DNA of 64,000 nt from contig NC_042998.1 of NCBI RefSeq assembly GCF_006345805.1, positions 12,586,001-12,650,000 on the forward strand, written 5' to 3'. Under the pieces are notes generated by a model that saw only the letters and a program-made list of their open reading frames with translations, was not told the origin of the DNA and did not search any database. Origin of the DNA: Octopus sinensis (lineage: Eukaryota). Below are positions 1 through 12,470 of this stretch, piece by piece. A program made the translations under genes and the position numbers. The first letter of the stretch is position 1. Each line of letters opens with the position of its first letter.

Positions 1-262
1 GATACAGACGCCTCGTGTATATTTGTCTCTCCCAGGTCTTTTACTGATGAAGTGTAACCTATGGTAGATTGGCTTAATTTAATTTAATTAAGCTAATTTA
101 ATCATTAATGACACAGAAACGTTGCAACGTCTAAAAGATGAATTAGGGTAAATGTTTTTAAATTTTCACCTAATTTCTGAATTACTAATACTTGGCGGTG
201 TGAGTTATGGCTGCTCTTTCTGGTGGACGAGTGACCTGTTGGGGTTACTCCTAAATCGTTAT
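1..262 (+). mobile_element. Probable 3' pseudo-LTR end of a Penelope-like element, cut by the window start
   Basis: Contains the hammerhead and ends in (TA)n at about 262, the same arrangement as the other PLE termini here. No ORF is visible. Confidence 0.45.
37..138 (+). ncRNA. Type I hammerhead ribozyme with canonical core
   Basis: Stem I TCTTTTA(37-43)/TAAAAGA(132-138); CTGATGA at 44-50; stem II GTGT/ACAC enclosing a long AT-rich hairpin; GAAAC at 116-120; palindromic stem III ACGTTGCAACGT; GTC cleavage triplet at 129-131. Confidence 0.85.
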
Positions 263-317
263 ATATCTATATATATATACACACACACACACACCTATAT
301 ATATATATATATATATC

Positions 318-392
<75 letters not shown>

Positions 393-633
393 CTATATAT
401 ATATATACACACACACACCACACATATATATATATATATGCATGTGCGACTTGTGATTGTGGTTTTCCCCGCCGTTTGGTTACTGGACTACTCAAGTCGA
501 CATGTTCAACTCAAATAACTTCAAGATGAGGCACCAACATGGTCGCAGTGCAGTGAATGAATCAAATATGTGCACGCGCACGCACCTGCACATACACACA
601 CTCATACATATATGCACGCGCCCTTTTATATAC

Positions 634-865
634 ATTTCTTTATTGCCCACAAGGGGCTAAATATAGAGGGGACAAACAAGGACAGACAAACGGATTAAGT
701 CGATTATATCGACCCCAGTGCTTGACTGGTACTTATTTAATTGACCCCGAAAAGATGAAAGGTAAAGCCGACCTCGGCGGAATTTGAACTCAGAACATAG
801 CGGCAGACGAAATACATCTAAGCATTTCGCCCGGCGTACTAACATTTCTGCCAGCTCGCCGCCTT
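634..865 (-). mobile_element. tRNA-derived SINE, family B
   Basis: Minus-strand head GGCGGCGAGCTGGCAGA, B-box-like GAGTTCAAATTCC, central CCTTTCATCTTTTCGGGGTC; homologous copies at 2543-3334, 13418-13615 and 42571-42811. Confidence 0.8.
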
Positions 866-1729
866 CTATATACGTGTGTCTGTATATATACGTGCGCCCT
901 TTTATATACGTGTGTGTCTGTAGGTGTGCGTGCACGTCTCTGTGTAAGCGTGTGTCTCTCTCTGAGTTGTTCTTAATTATTCTCAGATATTTCAGTGATT
1001 TCTTTGGGAAAAGTGTCTTGTCTTCTGTAGACATTCATCGATTAAGAAATGTTGAAAAATTTTCAGCGACATATAACGTATATAACTATCAACACAAAGA
1101 TCTCAACTGATCGGAAATGAAATCTTCTGTTATTAGATGATATATTATATATGATTTCGAAAAGTAAGGCGTAAGCAATGATTAGATTTTTAATAATAGT
1201 TTAGCTTCAAGAAGTTGAGATACAGAAATAGATAAAGGCGTGACGGATGCGAATGGTTATTGAAAATACTCCAAATCTCCTATGCATATATCTACTATAT
1301 TGGTCTCAGTTCCCAATAATTTCATATTAAGAATTAACATTTTATCAAGAACACTTATTATTATATGCCAGATTCGTTCATTTAACAATACTAATACATA
1401 ATTTTCGCACAATGACATATATTTAGTTGAAATTTTGTGTGGCTTTCTAGCAGCAACTCCTAGTAATTATACACAATGACAAATACAAACATAGGTATCT
1501 ATATATACATATGTTGCATGAGACAGAAATAGTGTCCATCTATCTACGTCTACCTGTCCGCCTGCCTGCCTGCCTGTCTGTCTGTCTGCCTGTCTATCTG
1601 TCTGTCTGCCCGTCTGTTGATTGTTGTCTATATGTCTATCCATTTATCAGCACACACACACATTCGTACATATGTGTGTGTATGAGTATGTACGTGTGTA
1701 TGTATGTATACACTCGCATGCACACAGAC

Positions 1730-1890
1730 GTAGGAGTGGCTGTGTGGAAAGTAGCTTACTTATGAACCCCATGGTTACGGGTTCAGTCCCACTGCGTGGC
1801 GCCTTGGGCGAGTGACTTTTACTATATAGCCTCGGGCAGACCAAAGCCTTGTGAGTGGATTTGGTAGATGGAAACTGAATGAAGCCTGTC

Positions 1891-1963
<73 letters not shown>

Positions 1964-1978
1964 CGACGGGCTTCATAC

Positions 1979-2009
<31 letters not shown>

Positions 2010-2226
2010 CATTGTGTGTTTGTGTTTGTCCCCCCAACATCACTTGACAACCGATGCTGGTGTGTTTACGTCCCCGTAACTTAGCGGTTCGGCAAAATAG
2101 AACCAATAGACTAAGTACTAGGCTTACAAAGAATAAGTCCTGGGGTCGATTTACTCAACTAAAGGCAGTGCTCCAGCATGGCCACAGTAAAATGATTGAA
2201 ACAAGTAAAGAAAGAATAAAAGAAAG
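1730..2226 (+). mobile_element. CORE-type tRNA SINE, family A, with internal (TA)n/(TG)n
   Basis: tRNA-like head ending GGTTCAGTCCCAC; CORE-like CCTTGGGCGAGTGACTTT; microsatellite middle; 3' GTGCTCCAGCATGGCC tail then A-rich repeats; many copies in the window. Confidence 0.8.
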
Positions 2227-2542
2227 AAACATGTGTGAACAGAGGGAGCGAGGGGACAAAGAGACCTTTTTGGTTTCATGTATTTGACTTTTCTTAAAGT
2301 ACTCAAAACACGATAGAAGTTGCAATCGCACAAAGTAAAGCATTGTACTTTAGCGTAATCTATCAGTCTCTCATGTACACATCTATCATGTAAACATATA
2401 CTCACGTACACACACGTACACTTATACTTGTGTATAGGGATATATGCTGTAAGTGTTTCTTCACTGATGAGTGAAATGTTAACAGCAGCGAGAAAATGTA
2501 TACTGAGTGTTCTAAAGCATAGCATTTATGGTAACATTTATT

Positions 2543-3334
2543 CCTTTCCACTCTAGGCACAAGGTCAGAAATTCTGGAGGAGGGGGCTAGTCGATTAGAT
2601 CGACCCCAGTACGCAACTGGTACTTAATTTATCGACTCCGAAAGGGTGAAAGGCAAAGTTAACCTCAGCGGAATTTGAACTCAGAACGTAAATATTGCAA
2701 AGCATTTTGCCCAGCGTGTTCACGTTTCTGCCAGCTCGCCACCTTATAGTAACGTTTATTCTTTTCTACTCTAGGCACGAGGCCCTTAATTTTTGGGAAG
2801 GGGATCAGTAGAGTAGATCGACCCCAGTACACAACTGGTACTTAATTAATCAACCCCAAAAGGATGAAAGGCACTGTCGACCTCGGCGGAATTTGAACTT
2901 AGAACGTAGCAGCAGACGAAATACCTATTTCTTTACTACCCACAAGGGGCTAAACACAGAGAGGACAAACAAGGACAGACAAACGGATTAAGTCGATTAT
3001 ATCGACCCCAGTGCGTAACTAGTACTTATTTAATCGACCCCGAAAGGATGAAAGGCAAAGTCACCTCGGCGGAATTTGAACTCAGAACATAGCGGCAGAC
3101 GAAATACCTATTTAGCCCACAAGGGGCTAAACATAGAAGGGGATAAACAAGGACAGACAAACGGAATAAGTCGATTACATCGCGCCCAGTGCGTAACTGG
3201 TACTTAATATATCGACCCCGAAATGATGAAAGGCAAAGTCAACCTCGGCGGAATTTGAACTCAGAACGTAGCGGCAGACGAAATACTGCTGCGCATTTCG
3301 CCTGGCGCGCTAACGATTCTGCCAGTTTGCCGTC
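2543..3334 (-). mobile_element. Tandem cluster of four family-B SINE units
   Basis: Four repeats of the GACCCCAGT...GAAAGGCAAAGT...CGGAATTTGAACT module; the 17-nt motif TTATGGTAACATTTATT or a variant occurs at 2526, 2744 and 3335. Confidence 0.85.
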
Positions 3335-3772
3335 TTATGGTAACATTTATTACTAGCTTTACTAACCAATAAACTACACACTACTCCTACCCCTTCCTTG
3401 TAATTGGTTCCGACTAATAGCAGCCACCAGCTACCGATTCGTTCACCAATCAGTAGTCGAATCATCTTGTATCATTGAATAGTAACTAACATATCGATAC
3501 AGTAGCATTGTTTAACAGGAAGATATGCTATGCTTTTATGAAACAACTTTACGAATAGAGAAGATTTATACAAAGTTTAAACGCTTAGAGACACGCATTT
3601 CAAATGAGTAAATAAGTTCTTACGGTGTATGTTAGAACTGAAGACAATATACATAATTTGAAATTATATTTTTCAAAATTCTAATAGGTTCAGGAATGAA
3701 ATTAATATATACATGCATACACTTATATATATTCACACACATACAAGCTCGCGCGCACATACATTATCTACC

Positions 3773-3832
3773 TACCTATCTATGTATCTATTTATGTATA
3801 TATGTATATATGTATGTATGCATTTATGTATA

Positions 3833-3868
<36 letters not shown>

Positions 3869-3882
3869 TGTATGTATGTATG

Positions 3883-3930
<48 letters not shown>

Positions 3931-3966
3931 CATCTATCTATCTATCTATCTATCTAACTATCTATC
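3773..3966. repeat. Compound (TATG)n(TATC)n microsatellite
   Basis: Directly visible tetranucleotide arrays. Confidence 0.95.
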
Positions 3967-5257
3967 CCATCTGTCAATAATTATTCTATAAAGTCAACAC
4001 AATAGAAGTTATAAGAAGTAATACAAGTCTATGGTTTGTGCTTTTACTGTGTATTTCAGTATTTTGAGATAAGAAGCACTTGTTCAGAAAACTTTTGGGG
4101 GAAGATGTGTGGTAATCTGACTTCTCTGTTCTGTAGCGTACGTATATGAGAGTTTGCTTCGCGTGATCAGGATAGTGCGGCTATATTAGCCATTCAACTG
4201 CCTAGAAGATTGGTTTTGTTGTTAGTGCTTGAGTTGATATTTTTAATTAAGATGGCTTTTTCTCTTATCAAATTACCAATGTTACTTTCTGTAGATTCAA
4301 TGGAAACGTGGATGTCATGCGTATAGCATCAATGTCGTCGTTTTTGGGCGGAAGAAGCATTAGCAGAGATGTAGTCTTTAACACGTATATATACTTGTCT
4401 TATGGTACTTCCGGTGTGGTACATTGGTGGATACAGGAAATCATATAATTTTGTATTGAGTACTTATATGAATAAATGCTTTCTGAGTTCTATACTGTGT
4501 ATAATACACACACACTCCCACGCACCTACGCGCGCGCACACACATACACATACACACACACTTACCTCTTTATATGGGTCGGATTGTGTGTGTGAAAATG
4601 ACTTGTGTATTTGGAAGACGTTATTTGATTAAGAAATGTTACTTCTAAATTTTGGGATGAAATATATAATGAACACTAAATTTATGAATATAAACATCTG
4701 TCAACTGATCGGAAATAAGAAGCCATTTTGTTTGTAAGTATAGCAAGGTGTAAGCGATGATTAAATTTTTCATGGCACTTTATCTTGAGGAACTTAAGAT
4801 TAAGATAGAGATAAAGCCTTGCTCTATGGCAATCATTATTGATAAAATAGCATTTCCATTATACATATACTTATATTCTTCTATGTACCCAATAATTTTA
4901 TAGCAATAATAGCACTTCTATCATGAATATTATATTCAACACTGTTTCATATAACATTACAGATATATAATTTGCTCACAACAAAACGTAGTGAGAGATT
5001 TATGCTGATATATTTTACTGAAGATTCCTATTTAAGAAGTAGACGTAAAAATACGTACATATATATGTATGAAAAGTGTTTGCGTGTGTGTATGGAAATG
5101 TGTGTGTGTGTGTGAGTGAGTGCGTGTGTATGTGTTTAAGTGCGTGTATTCCATGTGCGCCCGAAAATTTGCAAAAACATTGGCATACAACTTACATTCT
5201 AAGAATTATAAGAATTTACTTACATTTGTATGTCTGTATATCCCATCCCATTCTCTC

Positions 5258-5306
<49 letters not shown>

Positions 5307-5343
5307 TATGTACACACACCCACACATATACACATATATGCGA

Positions 5344-5421
<78 letters not shown>

Positions 5422-5584
5422 ATATACTTATATATGATGTGATGTGAATTTATGGAAAGAGATCCCATACAACTCAACAATTTGGTTTTAAAATTAGTTA
5501 AATACAAATTTATGTTTGAATTGAATTAAATTAAATCAAATTAATCAATTTAGTTAATTATATTTAATGCCTAACTGATGTGAC

Positions 5585-6125
5585 GAAATTAGCTTTATTT
5601 TTCAACATAGTCCCTCTTGCAGCCGACACAATTCTTACATCGGTGTTGCAGTGCAAGTATCCTATTGGTGAAGAGGCTTTCATCCTGTTGTTTAAAAAAC
5701 ACATCAACAGCAAATATGACGCTATCATCACTGTGATTATAGTTATCAGTCAAGTGTTTTTTCATGTTGGGAAACAAATGATAATCGGGCCCAACTAGGG
5801 GGAATAGTGGGGGTGATCAACCAGTTAAAAGTCACAGTCACGCTCAGTAGTTATTCAATCGAAGAGCTAGTGTACTGGCACATTGCTCTGAAAAAAACCC
5901 CAGAAAACTTCCCTTCACTTTTCGTAAGTGTTTGGTCTTGATAGCATTTCGTAACTGCCACAACAAATTGCCATAGTGCTCTTCTTTGGTGGTGTGGCTC
6001 TCCTGAATATAGTCAATAGACGCAATGCCTTTTGCACCTCGAAAACCTGAGGTCATCAGCTTCCCTACAGATGAAACGATCTTGGTCTTCTTTGGAGTAG
6101 GTGAGGATGGATGTTGATGAAACAA
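5585..6125 (-). pseudogene. Mariner transposase, decayed C-terminal half
   Basis: PKKTKIVSSVGKLMTS...IDY...LLWQLRNAIKTK and FPNMKKHL...DDSVIFAVDVFF...LQHRCKNCV..RDYVEK match the mariner catalytic-domain C-terminus. Confidence 0.8.
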
Positions 6126-6953
6126 ATATTATCCATTAAATTTGTGGAGAATAAACAAACTGAAGTATGTCAGGAAATTATGCTATTTCATATAGCTGTA
6201 AATGGCTAACAATTGTGGTATTAAGGGAACGAGAATTAGGAATATTCGAAAAATGTCCTCTCAAACTGACAATACTGTAACATTGTTATGTAACGTTAAA
6301 AGATGAGGAAGCCTGTAGAAACCGAAGAGAAAAAAGAATACCTAAACATGGATAGAGTCATGCTCCCTATAAAATTGTCAAATTTGAGAGACGTTAGTAC
6401 GGTTTTACAATTCGGCATTAAAAATGCATGTGTTCAGTAAACCTCTTTTTAATACTTATGGTGGAACTTACATCGGATGCAAAAGTTGCAATCCATATTA
6501 AATTACACATTCTTCTAAATGTTTCTTTCTATTGTAAAACATCTGGAGAAGTTTCATGCCGACGATATTATGGGCAACGAAAGTCACAGAACACAATATA
6601 TTATATTTAAGTATGATAATAGCGAGCAATATTTATAAGGCTAAGAAATATCATGAAGAACTATGCTGTAAAGTTCTTCATCATTATCTATCTAAGCACG
6701 ACACCATCTGTCATATTCTTAATACAGGAGTTTGAAAAAAACATTTCGTTATTCACTTATATACAGAACTCAGCTTTCTCGATCTTTAACTCCTCTTAAC
6801 GAAATGTATTTTAAAAAGAAATAATGAAATAATTGTAAATATTTTAAAGTATTTTTCTTCAAATTTTGGATTTGCCCATAGATTTTGTCATTTTTTAATT
6901 TCAGTTTTAATCATTTTTTAAAATCCACACACGTAAACACCCACAAGAACACA

Positions 6954-7030
<77 letters not shown>

Positions 7031-7183
7031 CTGTGTATATATTATATACATATATGTGCGTGTATGAATGTCTATAAAATTATGCCTTTATATTCACCCA
7101 TACTAATCGTTATAAATGCAAAAATTTGGATATCTCACATGCATATGCACTATCACTGAATATACTTTTATATATTATACTAA

Positions 7184-7215
7184 ATGCATCATCTTCATCA
7201 TCATCATTATTATTA

Positions 7216-7272
<57 letters not shown>

Positions 7273-7333
7273 CATCATCATCATTATTATTATTATTATT
7301 ATTTATTAGTATTATTATTATCATTATCATTAA

Positions 7334-7402
<69 letters not shown>

Positions 7403-7426
7403 CATCATTATTATTATTATTATTAC
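7184..7426. repeat. (TAT)n/(CAT)n trinucleotide array
   Basis: Directly visible; source of the poly-I/L/Y/N ORFs. Confidence 0.95.
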
Positions 7427-8527
7427 GTAGGTAGATAGATATAATAAATTAAACATCTCTATCTTAGCCGTCGCAAAATTCTCTCATTAATCACCTTTGT
7501 CAATAGAAATTGCACTGCTACCATCATGAATCACATACCAAATATGATTTATATATTACACCATTGTTCCCTCCTGCTCAGTTAGTACCATTATTGTAGA
7601 CGGAATTAACGTTAATAAAACACGCCGTGTGGTTTCCAGGAATATGATAGATTTACTTCGTTCCTAAAGCATTTATAATTTTATAACGGTATGGTCTCCC
7701 CATTAGTGTTACTTATATTCATAAAAAAAATTGCGGTCATTTGTAAAGACTAGGTGACGGTATTCATGAAACCCAACACTTAATGTGAATGATTCTGTCG
7801 TAAGTTATAAATTATAGAGACAAAAAGATTTGGATATACGTTATTCCGTCTTTTCAGAGAGTCTAACTCGTATCTTAACAATTAGAATAATGTCTTTTAT
7901 TTCGACGCAACATATGACTTTATCTCATTTATCTAGGCGATAAGTTTATTCTGCTATAGTGGATTACGTTCAATTACTAAAATCTAAGATATTTTGGGAG
8001 ATTCGATAAGACTACATTTGAAGGAAATATAGAATGTATTCGAATTTATTAAGATTTCCGGGAAGTGATGTATTGTATTGACAAAAATCATCAATCATAG
8101 GCAACCTGTATAACCCGAAGCATATATATAATATAGATTTCATCCATGTATTTTATTGGAATGTTTTGCAAGCAAACTTTCTAAATTGTATTACTAGCTG
8201 TTATTGAGTAGTATTAGTCCCTGTATATGCAGTAAACATTCGACATTTAATATATTTATCTGCAAGATATGCCTTTATGTAGAATTCTATTGTGATAGAG
8301 TTACATTAAAATAGATTGAGGCATAACACAGAGTACAGACTATTAAATAAGAAAAATGCTTTTCCCACGCAGTTTACGTTTCAAGGTTTCTTGTATGAAA
8401 TTACAGAATATTATCTCTTAGTTATAGCTTCCAAACCGAAAAATTAATGGCATATCGATACAATATATATGCAAAAATCACCCAACCACGTGCACACTGA
8501 CGCGTATATACATGTATGTGTATATAC

Positions 8528-8567
<40 letters not shown>

Positions 8568-8840
8568 ATATACATACACTCATACATATATATATATATA
8601 TGCTTATGTATATATGTATACTTTACAAATGAGATCCAGAGATTCTCCGTATAGAAGATACGAAGTAGTGCTCAAACGTTTCAAACCTAGACTCCGATGT
8701 CTTTACAGGGGATCATTCACACGGTAAAGAAAAGCTATAAGACGGATCATGTTAAGCGGATATGGGGGCAATTGTGCGAATAAACAACTTAGACACGTAA
8801 CAATTGCTTATATATATATTATATATATATATATATAATA

Positions 8841-8872
<32 letters not shown>

Positions 8873-8929
8873 TATTTATTTATATTTATATTTATATATA
8901 TATGTATGTATATATATTGTGTGCGTGTT

Positions 8930-9187
8930 TTTGTTTGTTCCTTCTCAAACCATGCCTGGCTCAAAAGGACCGTTTTCCCGGTTTCCTTGGCGTATAGGTT
9001 CCCCCACCTGGACGGGACGCCGGTCCGTCGCAGATGAGCTGCAAGATGCAGGAGGAAAGAATTAGAGAAAGGTGTGGGGAAAGAGCCGCGTGGAGTTTAG
9101 GTGTTTCGCTCATAAACACACACATCGGCCGGTCTGAGATTCGAATCCGCGAGTCCGCTGCTCTAACCACTAGTCCATGTGCTTCCG
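8930..9187 (-). mobile_element. tRNA-derived SINE, family C head with a different body
   Basis: Head TGGACTAGTGGTTAGAGCAGCGGACTCGC...GAGCGAAACACCTAA matches 13734-13840; body contains GCGACGGACCGGCGTCCCGTCCAGG. Confidence 0.65.
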
Positions 9188-10184
9188 CATGTATTATTTG
9201 TATGTATGTATGTATGTATGTATAACTATATAAACAGTGAAACATTAGTTAAATGCACACTCAGTACCTTCAAAAAGTATATCATAGATTTTGCAAGGAA
9301 AAGACAGACTGTTCTCTGAAAGAACTTTTTTAAGATTCTCTTTAATCAAACTAATTCTATATAATCCTTGTATCAAATATTTGTCGGTGTGTATACGTAT
9401 GTGTGTGCTTAGAATTAACGATATTTCTTAGTTTATCCAGAGAGAAAATTTCTAACGCTTTGTCTCTAATATACCTGTTTCTATTCGAAATCTTTATATA
9501 TGACAGTATTTGTAATTTGAATTGATATTTATTGCAAAGTTGGTGCTATTTCAGGATTACTTGGTACTTTAATACACCGCGAGCATTTTATCTAACTTAA
9601 CACATTTCAAAATTGCGCACATGCTAACTCTGCAAAAGGTAGTTTGAGACCAACAAATGACAGAAACTTAGCTATACTCTAGAGCATTCAATTATATACA
9701 TATCTAAACAAAATTCTGCACAATAACTAACACTGGCCATCGTTATTGGTTGATTAGAAATAGCTTAAGATTTTGTGAATATCACTTAAATTATGTTTTT
9801 TCCTGTTTATAGAATATTTGGATTGACGGTATTTATTCATTTTTTTTCTTTACTTATGTAGATTTCGAAGCCTATCTTTATTTCTGCTGTGGCAGTTGCT
9901 GTGAATATGGTTAGCAACCAGTTTAAGCATAATATCACATTTAAAAGTGTCTAAAAGTTAATATTAAATAAGAAATAAATCATAAAATATTAAAATGAAT
10001 ATATCACCCATAAAATCTAATTTTCATCGGAGTACATATACAAAAAGAAAGAAAGAAAAAAAGAAAGTCTCGCCACCAAAGAGACGCACAATTGGTCGTA
10101 CATCTCTTTGGATTGTATTACATTAGAATACAAACAGGTCAGAAAATTATATGTGACTAATATACATTTATACAGATTTATAAG

Positions 10185-10222
<38 letters not shown>

Positions 10223-10227
<5 letters not shown>

Positions 10228-10810
10228 ATTACTGCTCACAGCTATGGTCACCCAGCAGTGTGAAATTAACAGCGGACCTTGAAGCAATCCAGAGAAGGTT
10301 CACGAAGAAGATCGTCTCTTTGCAACAGCTCACCTACTGGAAAAGGTTGAAACAACTAAGACTCTACTGCATGGTGAGGAGACGGGAGAGGTATGCAGTA
10401 ATATATGTCTGGAAGATCCTGGAAGGAATTGTGCCAAATTTTGGCATTGTAAGCTACACCAATGCTAGAACGGAACGACACTGCATAGTGCCAAAATCGC
10501 AGAAATGCCATCATGCTTCAGAACCAGCTACTGCAACAGCCTGGGTTTCAAGGGCCCACAGCTTTTTAATATTCTCTCGAAGAGTCTGAAGAACTTGCAC
10601 AGAGTAGATGTAGCAGTTTTTAAATCAAAGCTGGACATCTTCCTGTCGAGAGTCCCAGATGAATCTACCTCATGGTAAGAGGTGAAAATGAGGGTAGCTA
10701 TATCAAACTCAATTCTTCACCAAGTGCCACATATTAGAGGAGGCTCTTAGTAATAACAGTGTAGCACAAAACGGCGGTGCATCAGCATGGCCGCAGCTTT
10801 GAGCTGAAAA
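10223..10810 (+). mobile_element. 5'-truncated CR1/L2-group LINE (RT C-terminus plus 3' UTR)
   Basis: DYCSQLWSP...LEAIQRRFTKKI...RRRERYAVIYVWKILEGIVPNFGI is homologous to ORF2 of the 51.6-55.6 kb element; ends in the GGTGCATCAGCATGGCCG stem-loop tail; starts at (TA)n. Confidence 0.9.
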
Positions 10811-12257
10811 GATATATATACATATATATATATGTGTGTGTGTGTATATATACATACATATACATATACATATATATATATATTTATATGTGTATATTGG
10901 CAGGGCTTACTACTAGGGAGTCGGCCGTATGCTAGAAATAGACCATCAACGATCAAACTACAAGGAAATTCTAAATTGATATTAAAATTAATATTAATTT
11001 ATCTCCCTCATTATTTATATATATATTTATATATATACATATATATACTTATATTTATGTGTGTGTACACATATATGTATATATATGAGTGTGTATATAT
11101 GTATAATATGTGTATGTGTATGTGTTTCTATATACTTATAAATAGATATATCTATATATACGTGCATACATAGATATATTCACACATGCATAAACACATA
11201 CACGACAGAAATAATTTTGTTGACACATACAAAATGCTATTAGATATTTTAGCTCGTTTCCAGGACTCGGTTTAACTCACGTACATGTCAGTTATGGTAT
11301 GACGTCCCTTCCATTTCTATGCAATAGCTGTTCGCATAATATTCAACATACATGGCCCATGCTGTCAAGTATGATTCAGTACATAGCATACAACTTTTGA
11401 TGATGAATTTCATCTTATGATGGGTATTTGTTAGAATGAGTTTAGTTTCCTGTTTCGAAATAGGGTGGTGTATACGATCTGTAACGTTGTGCATGGCAGA
11501 CGTTGAACTAAATATAAATATTTCTAAATAGTGGTGCATTGATAGGATTTACTAAAGTAATAATTCACTTTCACTTTCTCTTCCTATATCGAAATACCCA
11601 TATGCAGTTTTACAAATGAGCTGTCGGAAGGAGTTGGTATGATGTTCTACGAAATAATTTAATGGATGCTCTGCTAGTCGGGATCTTTTATGTAAATAAT
11701 TTATCTCAATAGATTATGCATATTCCAATGCATTTATCTTTCGGCTACAAAGCTTGCTAATTCGTGTATTCATCATTTGTCGGAACGTCTTAGTTATACC
11801 ACAAAATTCAAAAGCTCAAAGTTAGGATATATTCTTTAAGTGTATATTTTGCATTATTAAGAAGGTCTGTAGAAGACAAACCATACAGAAATGCGTTTCA
11901 AGAAATATACACTTACACACGCACACAATTAGGAACATTTATATGCATAGAGATATATTCTCACGCAAATACATATATCTGTTTTGTCTGGACTCATACA
12001 CGCTACACACACTCACATACCCATATTCACATAAAAGGACAATATCTGTAAATAAAATATACTTATATATTTATACAAGAGTAAGACACGCAGGCAAGAC
12101 AAATGCGTACAAACATACACGCACGCACACATACACACTCTCATACACACATATTCATATACATATCTACATCAGAACAGAGAAATTTACTTATATATTT
12201 ATACATTATTAAGACACATAGGCAAGACAAACGCGTGCAAACATTCACACTCATATA

Positions 12258-12305
<48 letters not shown>

Positions 12306-12390
12306 ATATGAATACATATATATACACACATACATATAAAATGAGGCATGTTCTCACATTCTCACACATGTATATATATATATATATATA

Positions 12391-12470
12391 TGATTGATTG
12401 ATTGATTCTAGTTTCAGCTTATGAGCTGTGGCCATGCTGGAGCACCGCCATTTGGTGTTGCCACTTGGTT
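12391..12470 (-). mobile_element. Isolated LINE/SINE-type 3' tail with (ATCA)n
   Basis: Reverse strand reads GGCGGTGCTCCAGCATGGCCACAGCTCATAAGCTGAAACTAGAATCAATCAATC. Confidence 0.6.

Noticed and set aside
2543-3334. CRISPR-like array
   Set aside because: Units are about 185 nt of homologous SINE sequence with no unique spacers and no cas genes, in a eukaryotic context.
8670-8710. Hammerhead-like GAAACGTTT on the minus strand
   Set aside because: The core and stems I/II cannot be assembled convincingly.
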